Below, piece after piece: positions 23,532 through 39,405 of a stretch of 64,000 nucleotides of DNA; within the stretch, counting starts at the first letter, position 1; each line of letters begins with the position of its first letter. A program made the position numbers and the translations under genes. This DNA is from the human T2T-CHM13v2.0 reference genome, Homo sapiens. The notes below the pieces were generated by a model. The model did not search any database, was not told the origin of the DNA, and saw only the letters and a program-made list of their open reading frames with translations. The DNA lies in assembly GCF_009914755.1 (NCBI RefSeq), contig NC_060929.1; one strand, written 5' to 3'.

Positions 23532-25166
23532 CGCCTTGTGTCCATCACTGTTAGTCACTGTTGCTCACGGAAGGGAGTCCACAGCTCCATTTGATGCTCA
23601 CATGGAAGGATGTCCACAGAAGCTGTCAGTTTTTGCAGATTATTTGCAAGTTGATGCTTCGGCCAAGCGTCCAGCTCCACTTCTCAGGCTCTGCTACTCC
23701 TCAGCCATTTCACTGTTCCACACAAAGGAAATGGTGGGAGGAGCACGTAGACTCAGGCGCTGTTCTATAGACATTCTACATGAGCTCAAGTTGTAGCTTC
23801 TTAAGTTTGTCCTCCATACCACTGAGACAATTTTTTACTGCACCAATTTACTTCTTCTTTCCTTGAAAGATTTTAATTTTGCAACTTCATGGTCAGTTTC
23901 TTGCAATCTTTCCACATCTCTTTCATCTCCCCTTCAATCTCAGTGGATTTGTCTTCTCATCTCAACTTGTCTCCAATTATGATTTTGACTCCTGCCTCAT
24001 GAAGACCCTGTGCTATGCATCTCAAACACTTTTTTTTCTAGAGAACAATTTTCACAGGTTTGCTGTCTCTCTGGGCTTTCAAGGTGATGTCTATTCCCAG
24101 TTCTGCAAAATTTTCACAGGATATACACAGAACCATGAGTCCTACCCTCTTGTCCTCTAGGGTGCTGGTCAGGGCTGTGCTGCTGGGAGACCTTGACCTT
24201 CCTCAGGGCTCTATGGCACCCAGACGGCTGTGGGAAGCTGCCTGGAGCACAGGAACTCTGAGGATACCAGGGCTTTTGATGTTTTGCCCGATCATAGGGC
24301 TTTTCTTGTATGGATCATGCCTTTCAGGATACAGTATGCCCTATACCCTTTTCCTGTCCAGCTAGCTTTTGGGAGGTGCCTCTCTGAAGCATTGTGAGAA
24401 GGCAGGTACTGAACGGTAGACTTCAGGGTGTAAAGCAGCTTGCTTTGCCTTGGAAAGCCAAGGTAACACCTTAGAGAAAGGGTTGCAGTCTCATTTTAAG
24501 GTACAATCATGTCTCATGTTTCTTAGCTGAGGGGATATAGTAGTGGAGGGAGAGCATGCCCCTCTGTTTTCAAGTGCTCAGTCTACCTATTCTGCTGGCA
24601 GAGCATGTCTGGATGGTTTGCCAACTCATGTGTGTGCCTGATAGCAAATTCCTTTAGCCTTCTAGTGAGTAAACTTTCCCCCTGATTCTGGAAGTAAATG
24701 ATCATTTGTTTCACGGTTAAATTTCACTGCATTCTATGGATCGTCCTAAATGTTTAAGCAGAAAGCAGGGATAGGTACGGTCAGAGGCATCTAATCAGAG
24801 ACCATCTTAAAATGGCAGGTGTTCATTATTTAAAGTTCTTAGATCAGTACAATTGGGTGAAAATAATTCTTAGTTTAGACTTAAAGGCAAGTATGGAAAT
24901 GAGAGGTGTTCAATCTATACATTGTTTACTGCCTAGAAAATAAAGATGAATTGATACTCTCACAGCTCGGCTGCCATGCACTACTTCTAAAGATGGACAC
25001 ACGGTTCCTGTTCTGGGGTTACTGTTGACATCAAGAGACAAACGACAAGCAGCCCAGCCCTTGAGTTTGCACTGGTGATTTTTTAAAGAAGATATTTCAC
25101 TCTCTAGAGAACCAAACTTGGGTAGATTTCAACATGACCCGCACTGCCACGTATCTTACCTGAATC

Positions 25167-25224
25167 TCAGTCTTCACTTTCAGCACTGTCAGTTTTCATG
25201 GGCTCTGTTGTTTCTTGTTGCAGC
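25167..25224 (-). CDS. ZDHHC11: ZDHHC11 last coding exon (exon 25160-25224, 65 nt): LQQETTEPMKTDSAESED*; TGA at 25169-25167, then 7 nt of UTR
   Basis: tttctctttctgaatattgcaaacag|GCTG...TGAGATTCAG|gtaaga. Confidence 0.93.
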
Positions 25225-26751
25225 CTGTTTGCAATATTCAGAAAGAGAAACAACAGAGAACGTATGATGTAATACTTGTTATAATGCCAAAGTGCACAAA
25301 ATGTGTGAACAAGAGTACATTTTAGAGATTAGCTTGTGACGTGGGCAATCACTTCACCTCTCTGAGTTTCAGAGCCTTCATTTTTGTGAAAACAGTAACA
25401 TGACTGCACTGCTGAAAGAATGTTGCTTTTTTCTTCTGCATGTGTGCTGATATAGAGACAAAGTGTGCTTTCCCTGATAAATAAGAGGGTCTTGTGGTAG
25501 CCAAGGAGGCTTGTTTGGATTTCCAGCATGAAAAGTGGGGAAATGTGGGGCCCACAGGAGGTCAGCTCATGCCTGGTACCTTCTTCTCACAACTCTTGCT
25601 TGATTGTGATGAGTTCTGGCTATCAGGGAGCCTTAAGTGTTTTTATACCCACATCTTGAGTACAGGTGTTTTGTTCTCTGCCCTGATGTTACACTACCCC
25701 AGCCAGCTAATGACTTGATTGTTTATGTGTGCTGGCCAGCTGGCAGTAGAAGTGACCGTGTTGCTGCCCAGACTTTGCAGAGGGTTGGAGATCGGGCTTA
25801 ACTTGCAACGCTGAATGTGTCGGGAATTAGACACCAGAAACACGCAAAATTTTGCTTTGAAAGATTTTGAAAGACCCACAAGCAAAATAGTCACTAGGAG
25901 ACTTCTAAATCAAAACTGCGTATCCATCACATGCTATAGTCTCCCTTCTCTGATCCAATCCTTAAAAATTATAATCAGGATATAAATGTATCCATAAATG
26001 AGTAAGGACATTACATCAAAGAAAAGCAAGAGGGAAACCTTTCTTGGATCAGAAATGATGACTCCTAGAAGGAAAGGATGCAAATGGGAGCTGATGCAGA
26101 AGGCCATGGTCAGGAGTGTGCTGCAGAACCTGGAAGAGACCCCCAGGAATTGCCACAGAGGAGCAGTGGATGCTCAGCTGGGCAGGGCTCCTGATGGGGT
26201 GATTAGCTGGGGGACTTGTAGGCTGAGCGGCCAGGCAGTGACTGCTGCTGCAAGACTTCCCAAACCATAGGCAACAATGGGAGTGTCTGCCACCAGATTA
26301 TTGCAGGGGGAGCAGTAGTCTTGGTAGACACAGAGAAGTGCTAGGAAAAAATGCACAGAAGGAAGTGACAGGACTCAGTAAGCAAAGGAGAACTGGGGTA
26401 TCACCAAACGAATCCAAAAATTACTGAGAATAAAGAGAAAATAAAATATTAATTTCAAATGAAAACATAAAGGCATGACAAAGTATGATAGGTGAAATGG
26501 TGGAGGATTGTGAGACATACAGGTTGGTGGGGAAGAATGTAGATAATTGTGTTGTAAAAGTGTGTAAGTATGTATATAAAAATGGAGAGGAAGTTTACCT
26601 AAAGACAAAATGGTATTGTAGAAAGCTATAGAGGCTGGTCCTTCCACTGAAACAACCATTGAGCTATAAAGAGCAATTGCAATGAATTATTTGGAAACTC
26701 TGCAACCTGGTCAGACATCTATGGGAGAGTGCTTGAAGAAAGGAGAAGCTG

Positions 26752-27087
<336 letters not shown>

Positions 27088-28133
27088 AAGAAAGGAGAAG
27101 CTGCTGGTCTTTCGTGAATGGTGTACATGAGCCAGCTACCGCCTCGATTTCTTAGTCTTCCTGTGGCTATAAGGGCAGCAACCTACATTCTTGGAGCAGC
27201 TGGCTGATGTCACAGTGAGCATCAGGAACCTTGTCCTCAATAAATTTGAGGTGGTACATTTTGGTTAGTCTGGTGGTGCCCTGAGGGATCAATACAGAGG
27301 CTTGCCTTGGTTTTGATCCACTTGGCAGCAGTGGCTTCCTCCAGCAGCATCCCTTGGAAGATTTACAGAGACAGACATTCCCCCCTTGTTTGTAGCTTGT
27401 TTGTAGCTAGATATTTGAGGAAATCTTTGATAGTTCACTAACTGGTCATAGAGATAAAGGAAGAGCAACTTCAGTGACAAGAAATACACATTTTGCAAAA
27501 CTACTTTGGAAAGGGCACAAACTGATGGTTCCAGCCTTTAACAAGAGAAAATCCACAGTCCCAGAGGAGGAGAAGCACTTGATTTTTAGAGTTACCATAT
27601 TATGATACACAGAATGTCCAGTTTTTAACAAAAAATTATAGAACATATAAAGAAATAGAATAATATGGCCCACTCACAGGGGAAAAAGACTTGGCATAAA
27701 CTATGTCTGTGAAAGTTCAGACATTTGAACTACTAGTCAAACACATTAAATCAGCTGTCTTAAATATGCTCAGTTAACTACAGGAAGTCACTGACAACTA
27801 AATAAAGTAGTAAAATTACATATGAGCAAATTAGATTAGTAGTAGAGATAGAAATTATATATTTTTTAAAAACCAAAAAGAAACTGGAGCTGGAAAGTAC
27901 ATAACTGAAATAAAAAGTTCATTAGAAGAGTTCAACAGATTTGAGCAAGCAGAAGAAAGGATCAGCTAAGTTGAAGACAATCGAAATTATCCAGTCTTAG
28001 GACCAGAAAAAAAAAAAAGATTAAGGAAGATGAACAGAGCTTGAAAGGTTTGTTAGACACCATCAAGGGTACCAACATATGCAACATAGGAGTCTCCAAA
28101 GTAGAAGAGAAAAGGAAAGAGGCAGAAAAAATA

Positions 28134-28481
28134 CAGTGTTCGCCCATTATCAGCAGTTGTGTTTTCTGCACTTTCAGTTACCTCTGGGTAACCACAGTCC
28201 AATAATATTAAATGGAAAATTCCAGAAATAAACAATTCACAAGTTTTAAATTGTGTGTAGTTCTCAGTAGCATGATGAAATATCATTCTGCCCTGCTCTG
28301 CCCACCCAGGACATGAATCATTCCTTTGTCCAGCATATCCATGCTGTATACACAATCTGCCCATTAATGTACAGGAAAAAACATAGTGTATACAGGGTTT
28401 GGTACTATCTACAGTTTCAGATACTTACTGAGAGTCTTCGAACGTATCCCCCACAGATAATGGGGGAGCAGGAGACTACTC
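28134..28481 (+). mobile_element. MER44A-like (Tigger-family) DNA transposon inside an old L1 ORF1
   Basis: aatattaaatggaaaattccagaaataaacaattc and ggaaaaaacatagt..gggtttggtactatc diagnostic segments; TA flanks. Confidence 0.8.
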
Positions 28482-29206
28482 TATTTAAAGAAATAATGGC
28501 TGAAAACTTTCCAAATCTAATTAAAGGAATGAATCTACACATCCAAGGAGCTCAACGAATTCCAAGCAGGCTATACGCCAAAAGATCTACACCAAGACAC
28601 ATTACAGTTAGATTGTTAAGGCATAGACAACAAGAGAATTTTGAAGGCAGGCAGAGAGAAGTGACTAATCAGAATCAAGAGATCCTTAGTAAAATTATCA
28701 GGTGATTTCTCATTAGAAACTAAGGAGGCTCAAAGGCAGTGGGGTGACATATTTAAATGCCCTGGAAGGTGGAAAATACCTGTCAACCAAGAATTCTATA
28801 TGTGACAAATCTATCCTTCCAGAATAAAGCAATAACTAAGGCATTCTCACATAGACAAAAATTGAGGGAATTCATTATCAGCAGACCTACCCTAAAAGAA
28901 ATATTAAATAAATTATTTAGTCCTAAATGAAGACACTAGACAGTAACTCAAAACCATACAAAGAAATAAAGAACATTGGCAAAAAAATAAAGAACACAGG
29001 TAAATATACAAGTCAATAATATTGTACTTTTGGTTTGTAACTCTTTTTTTCTATATAATTTAAAAGTCAAATGCATATTACAATAATTATAAATATTGTT
29101 AATGGGTGCACACTGTATAAAGATGTAATCAATGACAACAGCAATATAAAGGGTGAGGGATGGAGATGGATAAAAGCAGTGTTTGTGTACTATTGAAACT
29201 AAGTTG

Positions 29207-29490
29207 GGGCTGACTGTAGTGGCTTACTCCTGTAATCCTAGCCTTTGGGAGGCTAAAGTGGGAGGATCGTGTGAGACCAGGAGTTCAAGTCCAGCCTGGC
29301 AACATACTGATACCCCATTTCCACAAAAATAATTTAAAATTAGCCAGGTGTGGTGATGTGTGCCTGTAGTCCTAGTTACTTGGAAGGTTGAGGTGGAAAG
29401 ATTGCTTGAGCCCAGGAGTAGGAGGTTGCAGTGAGTTATCACTGTGCACTCCAGCCTGGGCAACAGACTGAGTCCTGTCTCAAAAAAAAA
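29207..29490 (+). mobile_element. Alu (J-like)
   Basis: Dimer with gattgcttgagcccaggag. Confidence 0.85.
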
Positions 29491-30209
29491 TCTACATTGG
29501 TATTCAAACTAGGGTGTTATACATTTAAGACATTAATTATTATCCCCAGCATAACCACTAGGAAGATAATTAGAAAATGTACAAAAAAGGAAAGAACAAA
29601 GGGATCAAAATGGAACATTACAAACATTCAACTAAAGATTTTTTAAATGGGCAGGAATTGAGAAATAAAAATATATATGATATACACAATGCAAAAAGCT
29701 AAATAGCAGAAGTGAATCATTTCTTATCAGTAATTACTTTAAACATTTTATATATATATACATAGATAGATATATTGAACTTTTTAATTAAAAGTCAGGG
29801 ATTGGCGGATTGGATTTTTAAAAAGCTGAAGTGCCTGTGGACAAAGATGCTGAGTTAAAGGAGGTTGTCTTCCTTACTGAGTAATAGAGAAGCTCCCGGG
29901 CCCTGAGATATGGAGGGTCCCAGGGGCAAGGGTGAGGAGCGAGGATGGGGGTGGGATGTGAGGTTAAGCACAAGGGTGGTAGCTAAGTGTTCATATATGG
30001 AACATGTTGCTGACCCCACACAGCAAGCGGCTAGCCTCTGCCACCCCACAGGAGATAAGAAGGGTCTGACGTCAGGACACCAGAGGTGTGGCAGGTGGGA
30101 GAATGGGGGAGGTGCTGGAAAGGAAAGAGTGGGGTTAGTGATCATAATACTGAATAACTAGAGCCTTTCGTGGGAGAGAGGGAGTACTTACTTCTCAGAA
30201 CTTATTAAG

Positions 30210-31400
30210 CTATGGGAAGTAAGATGATAAGAAATTAGTGCAGGGATAGACAAAACTGATGAGTGGAATTGACTAGACAGCCCAGAAATAGACTCAAATA
30301 TGTGCATAAATGGAATTCAGGACAGAAGCAGCTTTTTATGCCAGTGGGGAGAGGGCCTGCTCAATGAATGGAGCTGGAAACAATACAAATCCATAGAGGG
30401 AAGAATGAAGTTAGATCTCTACCTCACACCATACACTGAAATCAACCAAAGATAAAGTCTTAGCTCTCAAAATCAAAACTGAAAACCCTTAGTAGAAATA
30501 ATAGATGGCTATCTTTTGGATATTTTGTGAAAAGGTTCATTAATCAAGACCAAAAAGCATTACTTATACAATATGTATAAACATGACTATATTGTAATGC
30601 ATGATCTGGTTTCTAGAATGGTATATTAAATTAAACATGGAGTTAAGCTGCACATGGACAGACTCTATCTGTAATTCACCCAACTGACAAAAGGTTTGTA
30701 TAAAGAATATATAACAACTCTATAAATCAATAAGAAAAGCACAAAGAGTCCAGTGGAAAAATGGACTAGGGACATGAGCAAGTGCTTCATGGAAGAGAAA
30801 ACTCGTATGGCTCACATGTGTTCAGATTCATTAATAATGAGGGAAATACTGAAGAAGGCCACAATAAGCCACCAGTTCACACTACTCGACTGTCAATTCC
30901 AAGTGTTGGAGAGGACATGAAGCAATAGGACTTCTTATACCCTGCTGTGAGAGTGTAACATGTGCAACACCTTTAAAAAACAGTGGCCTTATCTCTGAGA
31001 GCTGGACATTCTAGCAATTGCACCACTAGGAATAGCCCCGGGAGAAATGGTTGCACCTGTACAACAGGAGATCTGTCAAGATCAAGCAGCACAGCTGGGT
31101 AGCAAAAAACTGGAAGCCATCTCCATGCCCAACCATAGCAGAGGGGGTAATTAAGTGTGGTACGGGGTGGAACAGCCACAGAAGCAAACGCCAACAGACT
31201 ACAGCGACAAGCAGTATGGACAGACCTTGGCAATTTAGTACCAAGTGAAAAAGGTGATTCCTCAAAGATTCCAGATACTACATACACACAATGCCCTTTC
31301 TGTTAAAAAAAAAAAATGAAAAAGTATCCAATGTATTGCACGTATGTATGTACTCTTTAGGAATATACAACTATATCTATATAGATATCTAAGGAACAAA
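30210..31400 (+). mobile_element. Ancient L1ME-type 3' fragment
   Basis: Decayed ORF2 motifs (cccagaaatagactc, tacctcacaccatacac, ccaagtgttggagagga). Confidence 0.6.
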
Positions 31401-32333
31401 ATTTGAAGGAAAGCAAGAGAATGAAGAGCATGAGCGGGGTGCAAGGACTTGGAATAGGGGCCCCGTCTCAACAGACAAAGATGATGTCAGACTCTGCTTT
31501 TGTTGTTGGTGCTTCCTCCACTATCATAAATAAACAAAATACGGAGTCAATGAAGGAAGCAGGTCACTCACAGATCAAGGATGAATCTGTTCCCACCCAG
31601 GATTGGGATTCGTGTGACTCTGGGCACCTGGGATCCAAAACAAGGGGAAAGAGGCAACCACCATTCACTGGGCATCCCAAAGCCAGACCCTGGGCAGTGA
31701 TGTTCACAACTCCAGGAGCTCACACACAACCTTCTTGGGAAGAGATACTAATATGTCCCATTTCCTTGTGAGGAATAGCGGCTCAGAGTGGTTTAAAAAC
31801 TTATGAGATTATAGAACCAGCAGCATCTCCACACTGGCCCAGAAACGAGGTCTGTCTGATGCCAAAGTCCAAATGCAGGTTACGGTGCCAATTAGTTTCT
31901 GATCACTCTGCTAAGAGGAGCTTTGCATTCCTGTGAAGAGTGAGAGAGGTCAGCCTGGGATGCCTCTGGGGGATATCAGAGCAACAGGATCAGACGCAGG
32001 TCCTGGACTGAGCCTGCAGCTAAGAGAAGGCCACAGGCGGGGTCTGGGGGTGCAGGCCAGTCCCCATCAGACTCTCAGTGATTGTGGCCACTGGGGTTAA
32101 GGGCCAGAGTGTGACCTTCCGTGGTCAGAATGGGGCTCTCCTAAGTGGACTGAAAGACAAACCCTAGATCTTCAGGTGGGTCCTTCTGAATCTCTGGTGC
32201 CACAGAAGGAAAACTGAGCACTGCAGCCCCATGGGGATGGGAGGGGTCAAGTTGCGCAGCCTCCCCCTCGCTGTGCAGCCTCTTGGGAGGGAGCACGCAG
32301 GACATCTGAGAGGACCTGCACCCTTAGCCTTAG

Positions 32334-33010
<677 letters not shown>

Positions 33011-33036
33011 CATGCTCCATCTTTTGACCATCAGTT

Positions 33037-33070
<34 letters not shown>
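33037..33070. repeat. (AC)n microsatellite
   Basis: acacacac run. Confidence 0.9.
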
Positions 33071-33369
33071 TATTTATTCCCCACCTGTCTCCTATATGCA
33101 GTTTTCCCAATATTTTATTAAAATTTCAAACATAAACAGGACTGGAAAAGGCTTTACAAAAAAATAAAAAACAAACAAAACCTGAACCCAGCACCTGGAA
33201 GCGACCAGGGCTAATGTTTGTCCTCCACCCCATCACATAACTGTCTGCCCATCACTCTGGTCTGCCGCATTTCAGACTGGTTGCAGACATCTGCACCCCT
33301 CGCTGAGATGCACACACGGCACTTCTGGGCCTTTGTTGCTGTTGGAGCAGCACCCTTCAGGACCCTTCC

Positions 33370-33820
33370 TGTAGATGGTGAGCCTGTGTCCCCAGATTCA
33401 CAGGCTGAAGTCCTAACCCCAGCGTTGTGTGTCATAAAGCGGAGCCTTTGGTGTCAGCTCCCAAATGTGGGTCCCGGATGACAGGATTCGTGAGTGCCTT
33501 CAGAACACGCATGTGAGTGAGATCTCACTCTCAACTCCCTGCCTTGTGAGGACAAGCAGAGGAGGCCATCGGAGAACCCGGAAGGGGCTCTCATCAGACA
33601 CCGGATCTGCCGGCGCCTTGAGCTGGGACTTCCCCTGCTGTGTGAGGACAACCAGAGGAGGCCGTCGGAGAACCGGGAAGGGGCTCTCATCAGACACCGG
33701 ATCTGCCAGTGCCTTGAGCTGGGACTTCCCAGGCTCTGGAATGGTGAGAAATACATGTTTGTTGCCTAAGCCCCCGGTGTGTGGTATTTCTGTTGAAGCA
33801 GGCTGAACAGACTCAAACAC
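33370..33820 (+). mobile_element. MLT1A-like LTR with an internal ~97-bp tandem duplication
   Basis: MaLR motifs; unit tgtgaggaca...gagctgggacttccc at 33545-33633 and 33642-33730. Confidence 0.7.
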
Positions 33821-36800
33821 CTAGGAATGCTTACAATTAGTCAAACGAGCAACTCGGAATATTGTTGTAACCTCCACTGTGGAGGAAGGCTCTGTGCTGC
33901 CCACTGGAAGGAAGAGGCCAGCGGCTTTGGGGATACCCCAGATGACGAGGTCCTTTCTAGAGGCCAAACAGCAGCGGGGCTCAGGCTCAAGCCCTGGGAG
34001 GGAGACAGGAGCTCCTCATGATCCCCTCTTCTAGGAAGCGCGGGAGGAAGGAAAGACCATGTGTCAGCAAGGCAGGGTCTCGCTTTGGGGAGGAGCTCAC
34101 AAGAGGCCATTAAGGCTCCAAAGTTCCAGACAAGCACCATTACCGTGGTTTCTGCTTGTCAGCAGATCCCAGGAACAGGCAGCTCCTGGGAGGCTGCGTG
34201 AGTGCTCAGGAGTATACTACACAACAGACACCACCTGGGCATGACGCTTACATGGAAAGCACCCTGGATGCTTGGCAGGGGGATGATGCAAAGGAACAGC
34301 TCCAACCTCCAGTGGAAAATTAATACAAGCCACTGAATGAGGCGCTGGGGATTAGGGTCTTCACACGCGAAATCCTGCTCCCTGTTCCCACTTTCATTCC
34401 AGCTGGTCAGCTACGTCCACCCATTCCCTTCGACATCCCACAGCAAACACGCAGACCAGAATATCCCCCATCGGTTTGTCTAATATCCACCACTAGAGAC
34501 ACTATAAATTCCTACACATTTCCCACAAAATAGACCTGTGATTAGCAACATCACACCTCACAGGCTCTTAATGAATGGACTTTCCCCGTGTGGCAAAGCG
34601 TGACATGATTTAAACAAAGTCCCTGATCGCTAGAAACAGATGTTTGTAATGTGCGCAGCAGGCAGAGCCTGAAGTAAAAGGCTGTGAGTGAGTCTATAAG
34701 GTGGACCAGCTGGATCCAAACTGTTAGGTGACCCTGGAAGCATATTCTGTGACAAAAAAAGGGTTAATGGTAACTTATCGCCTGTTGCATCTAGAGGCTT
34801 TGTAAACTCGTGTGGTGTTGGTATAACACTTTTCACATTCAACAAGGTTAGCTCATTCTCCTGTGGAGAAGACTTGAATGAAATGAAGAAGGCTTCCAAC
34901 AAAGAGGAATATGATTTAAAGATGGAGCGGTTTATGCCCATCTTTAACGCAACAATGTAGAGTTTAAAAAGCAGGTGCCTAAAGAGGTGTATTAAATGAT
35001 AATTTCATTTAGAAAATGGGTCTAATACACAGAAAAAATGTTAAAAGGGAAGCTGCAGGAGGTGCCAATCAAAATGCCTGCAGTAGCCATTGGTGGGTGG
35101 GGGGACTGTGAGTGACTTAGGTTTTTACACCAAGAATGTTTGTAACTTCCCAATTTTCTATTTTGAATGTGTACTGATAAAACATATATTTTTTTTCAAA
35201 GTGAAAGTTTACAATCCTGGTCACAATTAATTTTCTATCATTCTTGCCAGAAATGGATAAAGGAGAAAATGTCTTAGTTTTTACCTAATAATAGAACCAT
35301 AGGCTATACTTCAAAGTAAAATTCAGAATAACCTGAATTCACTAAATCAAAGAAAACCAGTTTACAAGGAAAATTAATGGGTTGTGTGAAAGAGCATTTT
35401 CACACTAAGTGATATGTAATCCTTGATTGCTGAAACTAGGCAAAACTCTTAAGCAATTCTCAGATTTGAGAAATTGATGAATGGGGCACTTCTCCTGGGC
35501 TACTTTTTCTGACCCAGGAAGCTGCCTGCCTCTTGAGCTGGAGAACCCGGCTGGCCTTCCCTGGCCTGGAACTCTGGCGCTGCCCCCAGCACGTTTCCGT
35601 GAAGGACGGAGCTTCTGGGGCAACTCAGGAAGAGCAAGGCAGGAACTTGCATCCTCTGCCCACCTGGGGAAGACTGACTTCTGGGTCCTTATTGTGGCTC
35701 CCAGCGGAGTTGGGATGCCAGGGAAACGCTATCGGCCACTCTCAAAATGAGGTGTATATTTAATATAATTTTGCTCCAAATTCCAGGTTTCCTGGAACCG
35801 AAACAAAATGTATTTTCCATATAAATTTCAAACAAACTTATATGAAAAAATTAAAGTTTAAAAATTGTCAAAACTTTTAGAAATGAAAAAACCTGAGAAA
35901 GTGACTGTCGGACATTAAAATGTAGCTCAGAAGGTCCAGTAATTAAAACAGCACGGTTTAGGACACAGATCCACAAGGCAGAAATAAACGTGTAGAAACA
36001 GATCTGAGTCTAGTGCTTATGGCAAGCACTAGAAAAGGGGGCCTTTGAATTAGATGGAAAGGTGTATTGTTTCATAAACGAGGTGGTAACCATTACTTAA
36101 GTCTTCGAGATAAAGTAACCTTAGCTCTCTCCCTGTATGCAAAAATAAGTTGAAGATGGCTTGAAAATCAAAATATAAGGAAAGTCAAAACAGAAAAATT
36201 ATAAAAATATCAGCAAAGAGTTCTGTATGATTTTGGTATAACCCTGGAGTAAGAAAGACTTTTTAAAGCAAGACAGGTACATTTGACAACTGACTTCACA
36301 AAAATTTATGAACTTCACGTTGCAAAAGACACGATAAACACAAAATTTTAAAAGACAGACTGAAAGAAATACGTTGGAAACACACAGATCAGAGAATTAC
36401 TATCCCTAACGTGCAGAGAGCACTTAGTATCGACAATACAAACAACTCCATTTAAAAGTGCGCAAACCTTTGAAAAGCTAATTCATACAAGAGGAACTGT
36501 GAAACGGTAAAAAAGAGAATGACAATATGTTCAGTCTCATTAGTAATAAGGAAAATGCACATTGAAACAATTAAAAGTGTTATTTGGATAAAACTAAAAA
36601 TACCTTGCTAATATCTGGTGCTGAAAAGGGTGAGGAAATTGAAGGAAATTTGCATTGTTTAAACCTTTTGGTAAAGTAAGTAAAAAGAAACTATGAGGAT
36701 TTAAAATGCAAATGCCCTTTGACTTTTAAGTGTTCCACAGAAACAAAACAATATTGTCAGTATCTGACAACCTTGGCACAAAGGTGCTTCTTGCAATTTT

Positions 36801-37104
36801 GTTTGCAAAACCTAAACTTGGTCATAAACTTAATATCCCATAGTGAACAATGGTTGACTAAGCCACGGTATATGCACATCATGAGAGGGTGAATTTCCTG
36901 ACAAGAATAAAACACATCTATATGAAACGTCATGAGTGTAATCTATGCCATATTGTTGAAGAAATTAAAATTCAGGAAGGGAGGTGCAGAATATTTTTAA
37001 CCTATACTATCATCTTCAAACTGATACAATTAGCATGTAACAAGGTTATAAGTTCTGAGTATAAGTTAGGTATTAAATTCTCCCCCATCTAAATGTTGCT
37101 CCAT

Positions 37105-37524
<420 letters not shown>

Positions 37525-38810
37525 CTAGAGGAACCCCAAGCAGCTCCGAGCCATGAGGTGTGGGTGCTCCTTCTTCCCAGCACGAGCAGCCTCCCTCACA
37601 CACCCTCCCTGAATAATGTCGGCCGTGTCACTGGGCTTATGTCCACTGGGCCCTACCTGGTTTGGCCATCTGGCCCCCCTGAGCAGCATGACCTACTGGA
37701 ATGGTGGCAGAGACCCCAGAGGTCCTGGGCCAGGACGGCTGCAGCTGCTGTGTGCCCAGAGAGCACGGGGCTGTTCTGTGCAGGCTGGGGTGGGGGCTTC
37801 CCCTGTGGGGCCGGCTGGGACTCCCTGCAGTGATGGGAGGAATATGGCAGGCAGGCTGGGGACTGAGATGTGAGGTGAAGGCAGGAAGGAGGCTGTGTCA
37901 GTGTGAGAGAGTGTGACTGTGTGCGAGTGTGTGTGTGTGCACGTGCCTGTGTCTGTGCACCTGGGGTGGTTTGAGCCAATGACTCTTACCTTTCCACTTC
38001 ATTTTCTTTTAGGTTGTATTAAATGGTTCTAGATGAAACTTTAGTAGAGTGTAGGAGCGCAATATCTAAACCCTAAAACTCTGGGAAATGTTGTATAAAG
38101 CTGCTTTTTAAAATATAAAGTTAATATATGTTCATTTTATGGAAAGAAAAATGAAACAGCAAACAAGGAGTAAATAATTTACTCAGCATCATGTGTGAGT
38201 AGATTTCCTATTACTCTATGTTCTGTGAGAAGTGTATCCTGTACTTGAGATTCTCTGGGAAGAATATGCATTTGTCATGGCTGTACAATTTTATTTCATC
38301 ATGGGAACAGGGTACCCTTTAGAATGTGTGCTTAAAACTGGATCATGGTCCTCTTTATAAGGGTCTTCTTTCAGCTTTGTAGTTTGGAGGGTGAAAAAGT
38401 GGTGTGCAGTTGGGCTGGAATTGTGCAGTGTTGGGGCAGAGCTGTCATCAGTGGATGTATTTAGAGTTGAAATGACAAGATCTGACTCTCAATGAAACAC
38501 TATTAGAAACATTAAAAAACATTCAGGCTGACAACATTACACGTGTTTAAAGAAAGAAAATAACTACGCTTGGCCTTATTTTTGTGCGTAAGTTCAAATG
38601 TTAGTTATAAAGAATTCTATAATTTTTTCAAGTAAGATGAGTGCAATAAGCCACATGAATGGCTATAAATGTTCAGAGAAACATTTCTACTTTCCCTTAT
38701 GTCATCAGATTATTTGAACATGTTAAATAGAGAACATATTTTCCTATGTAATTTGAGTTCAGGCAAGTGTAGAGACAGACAAAACGTTCCCGTTAAACTT
38801 ACGAACTTAC

Positions 38811-38845
38811 CCAAGTGTAGATATACTCGGGGCATCATCTGCTTC
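38811..38845 (-). CDS. ZDHHC11: ZDHHC11 coding exon (35 nt, probably exon 11): EADDAPSISTLG
   Basis: ccccacag|GAA...GG|gtaagt. Confidence 0.92.
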
Positions 38846-39018
38846 CTGTGGGGGGAAGGGATGCAAAATTCATAGGATGAACAAAGACCTTGTTGACATT
38901 AAACTTATTCTTAAAATTCAAGTTCATTACTAGTCAGTTCTGAGTAATGGTACTTCAAGAATGCCTGGATCATGGAATAGGATCTCAGTGGTGACACAGC
39001 ACCCTTCCTCCCAATCCT

Positions 39019-39405
39019 TGTATTATGGGCTGAACTATATCCTCCTCCAAATTCATAGGTTGACATCCTGACTCCCAGTGCCTCAGAATGTGACTATATG
39101 TGGAGACAGGGTCTTGAAAGAGGTAATGGATGTTAGATGAGGCTACTAGAGTGAGCCCTAATCCAGAGTGACTGGTGTCCTTTTATGAAGGGGAGATTAT
39201 GACAGAGACACAAACTGAGGGAAGACTGGGAGGACACAGAGAACAGGTGGCCATCTACAAGGCAAGGAGAGAGGCCTTGGGAGACACCAACCCTGCAGAC
39301 ACCGTGCTCTGGGACTTCCAGCCTGCAGATATGTGAGAAAATACATTTCTTGTTCCAACACCCCATGTGTGGTTCCTGCTTGTGGAAGCTCTAGCAAAGA
39401 AAAAC
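39019..39405 (+). mobile_element. MLT1B-like LTR (duplicated copy at about 46122-46512)
   Basis: tgtattatgggctgaact...cctcagaatgtgactat..ggagacaggg...gagaaaatacatttct. Confidence 0.75.

Noticed and set aside
23560-24060. Possible decayed coding sequence on the minus strand
   Set aside because: Many stops and no recognisable parent gene; more likely an ancient L1 ORF1 remnant
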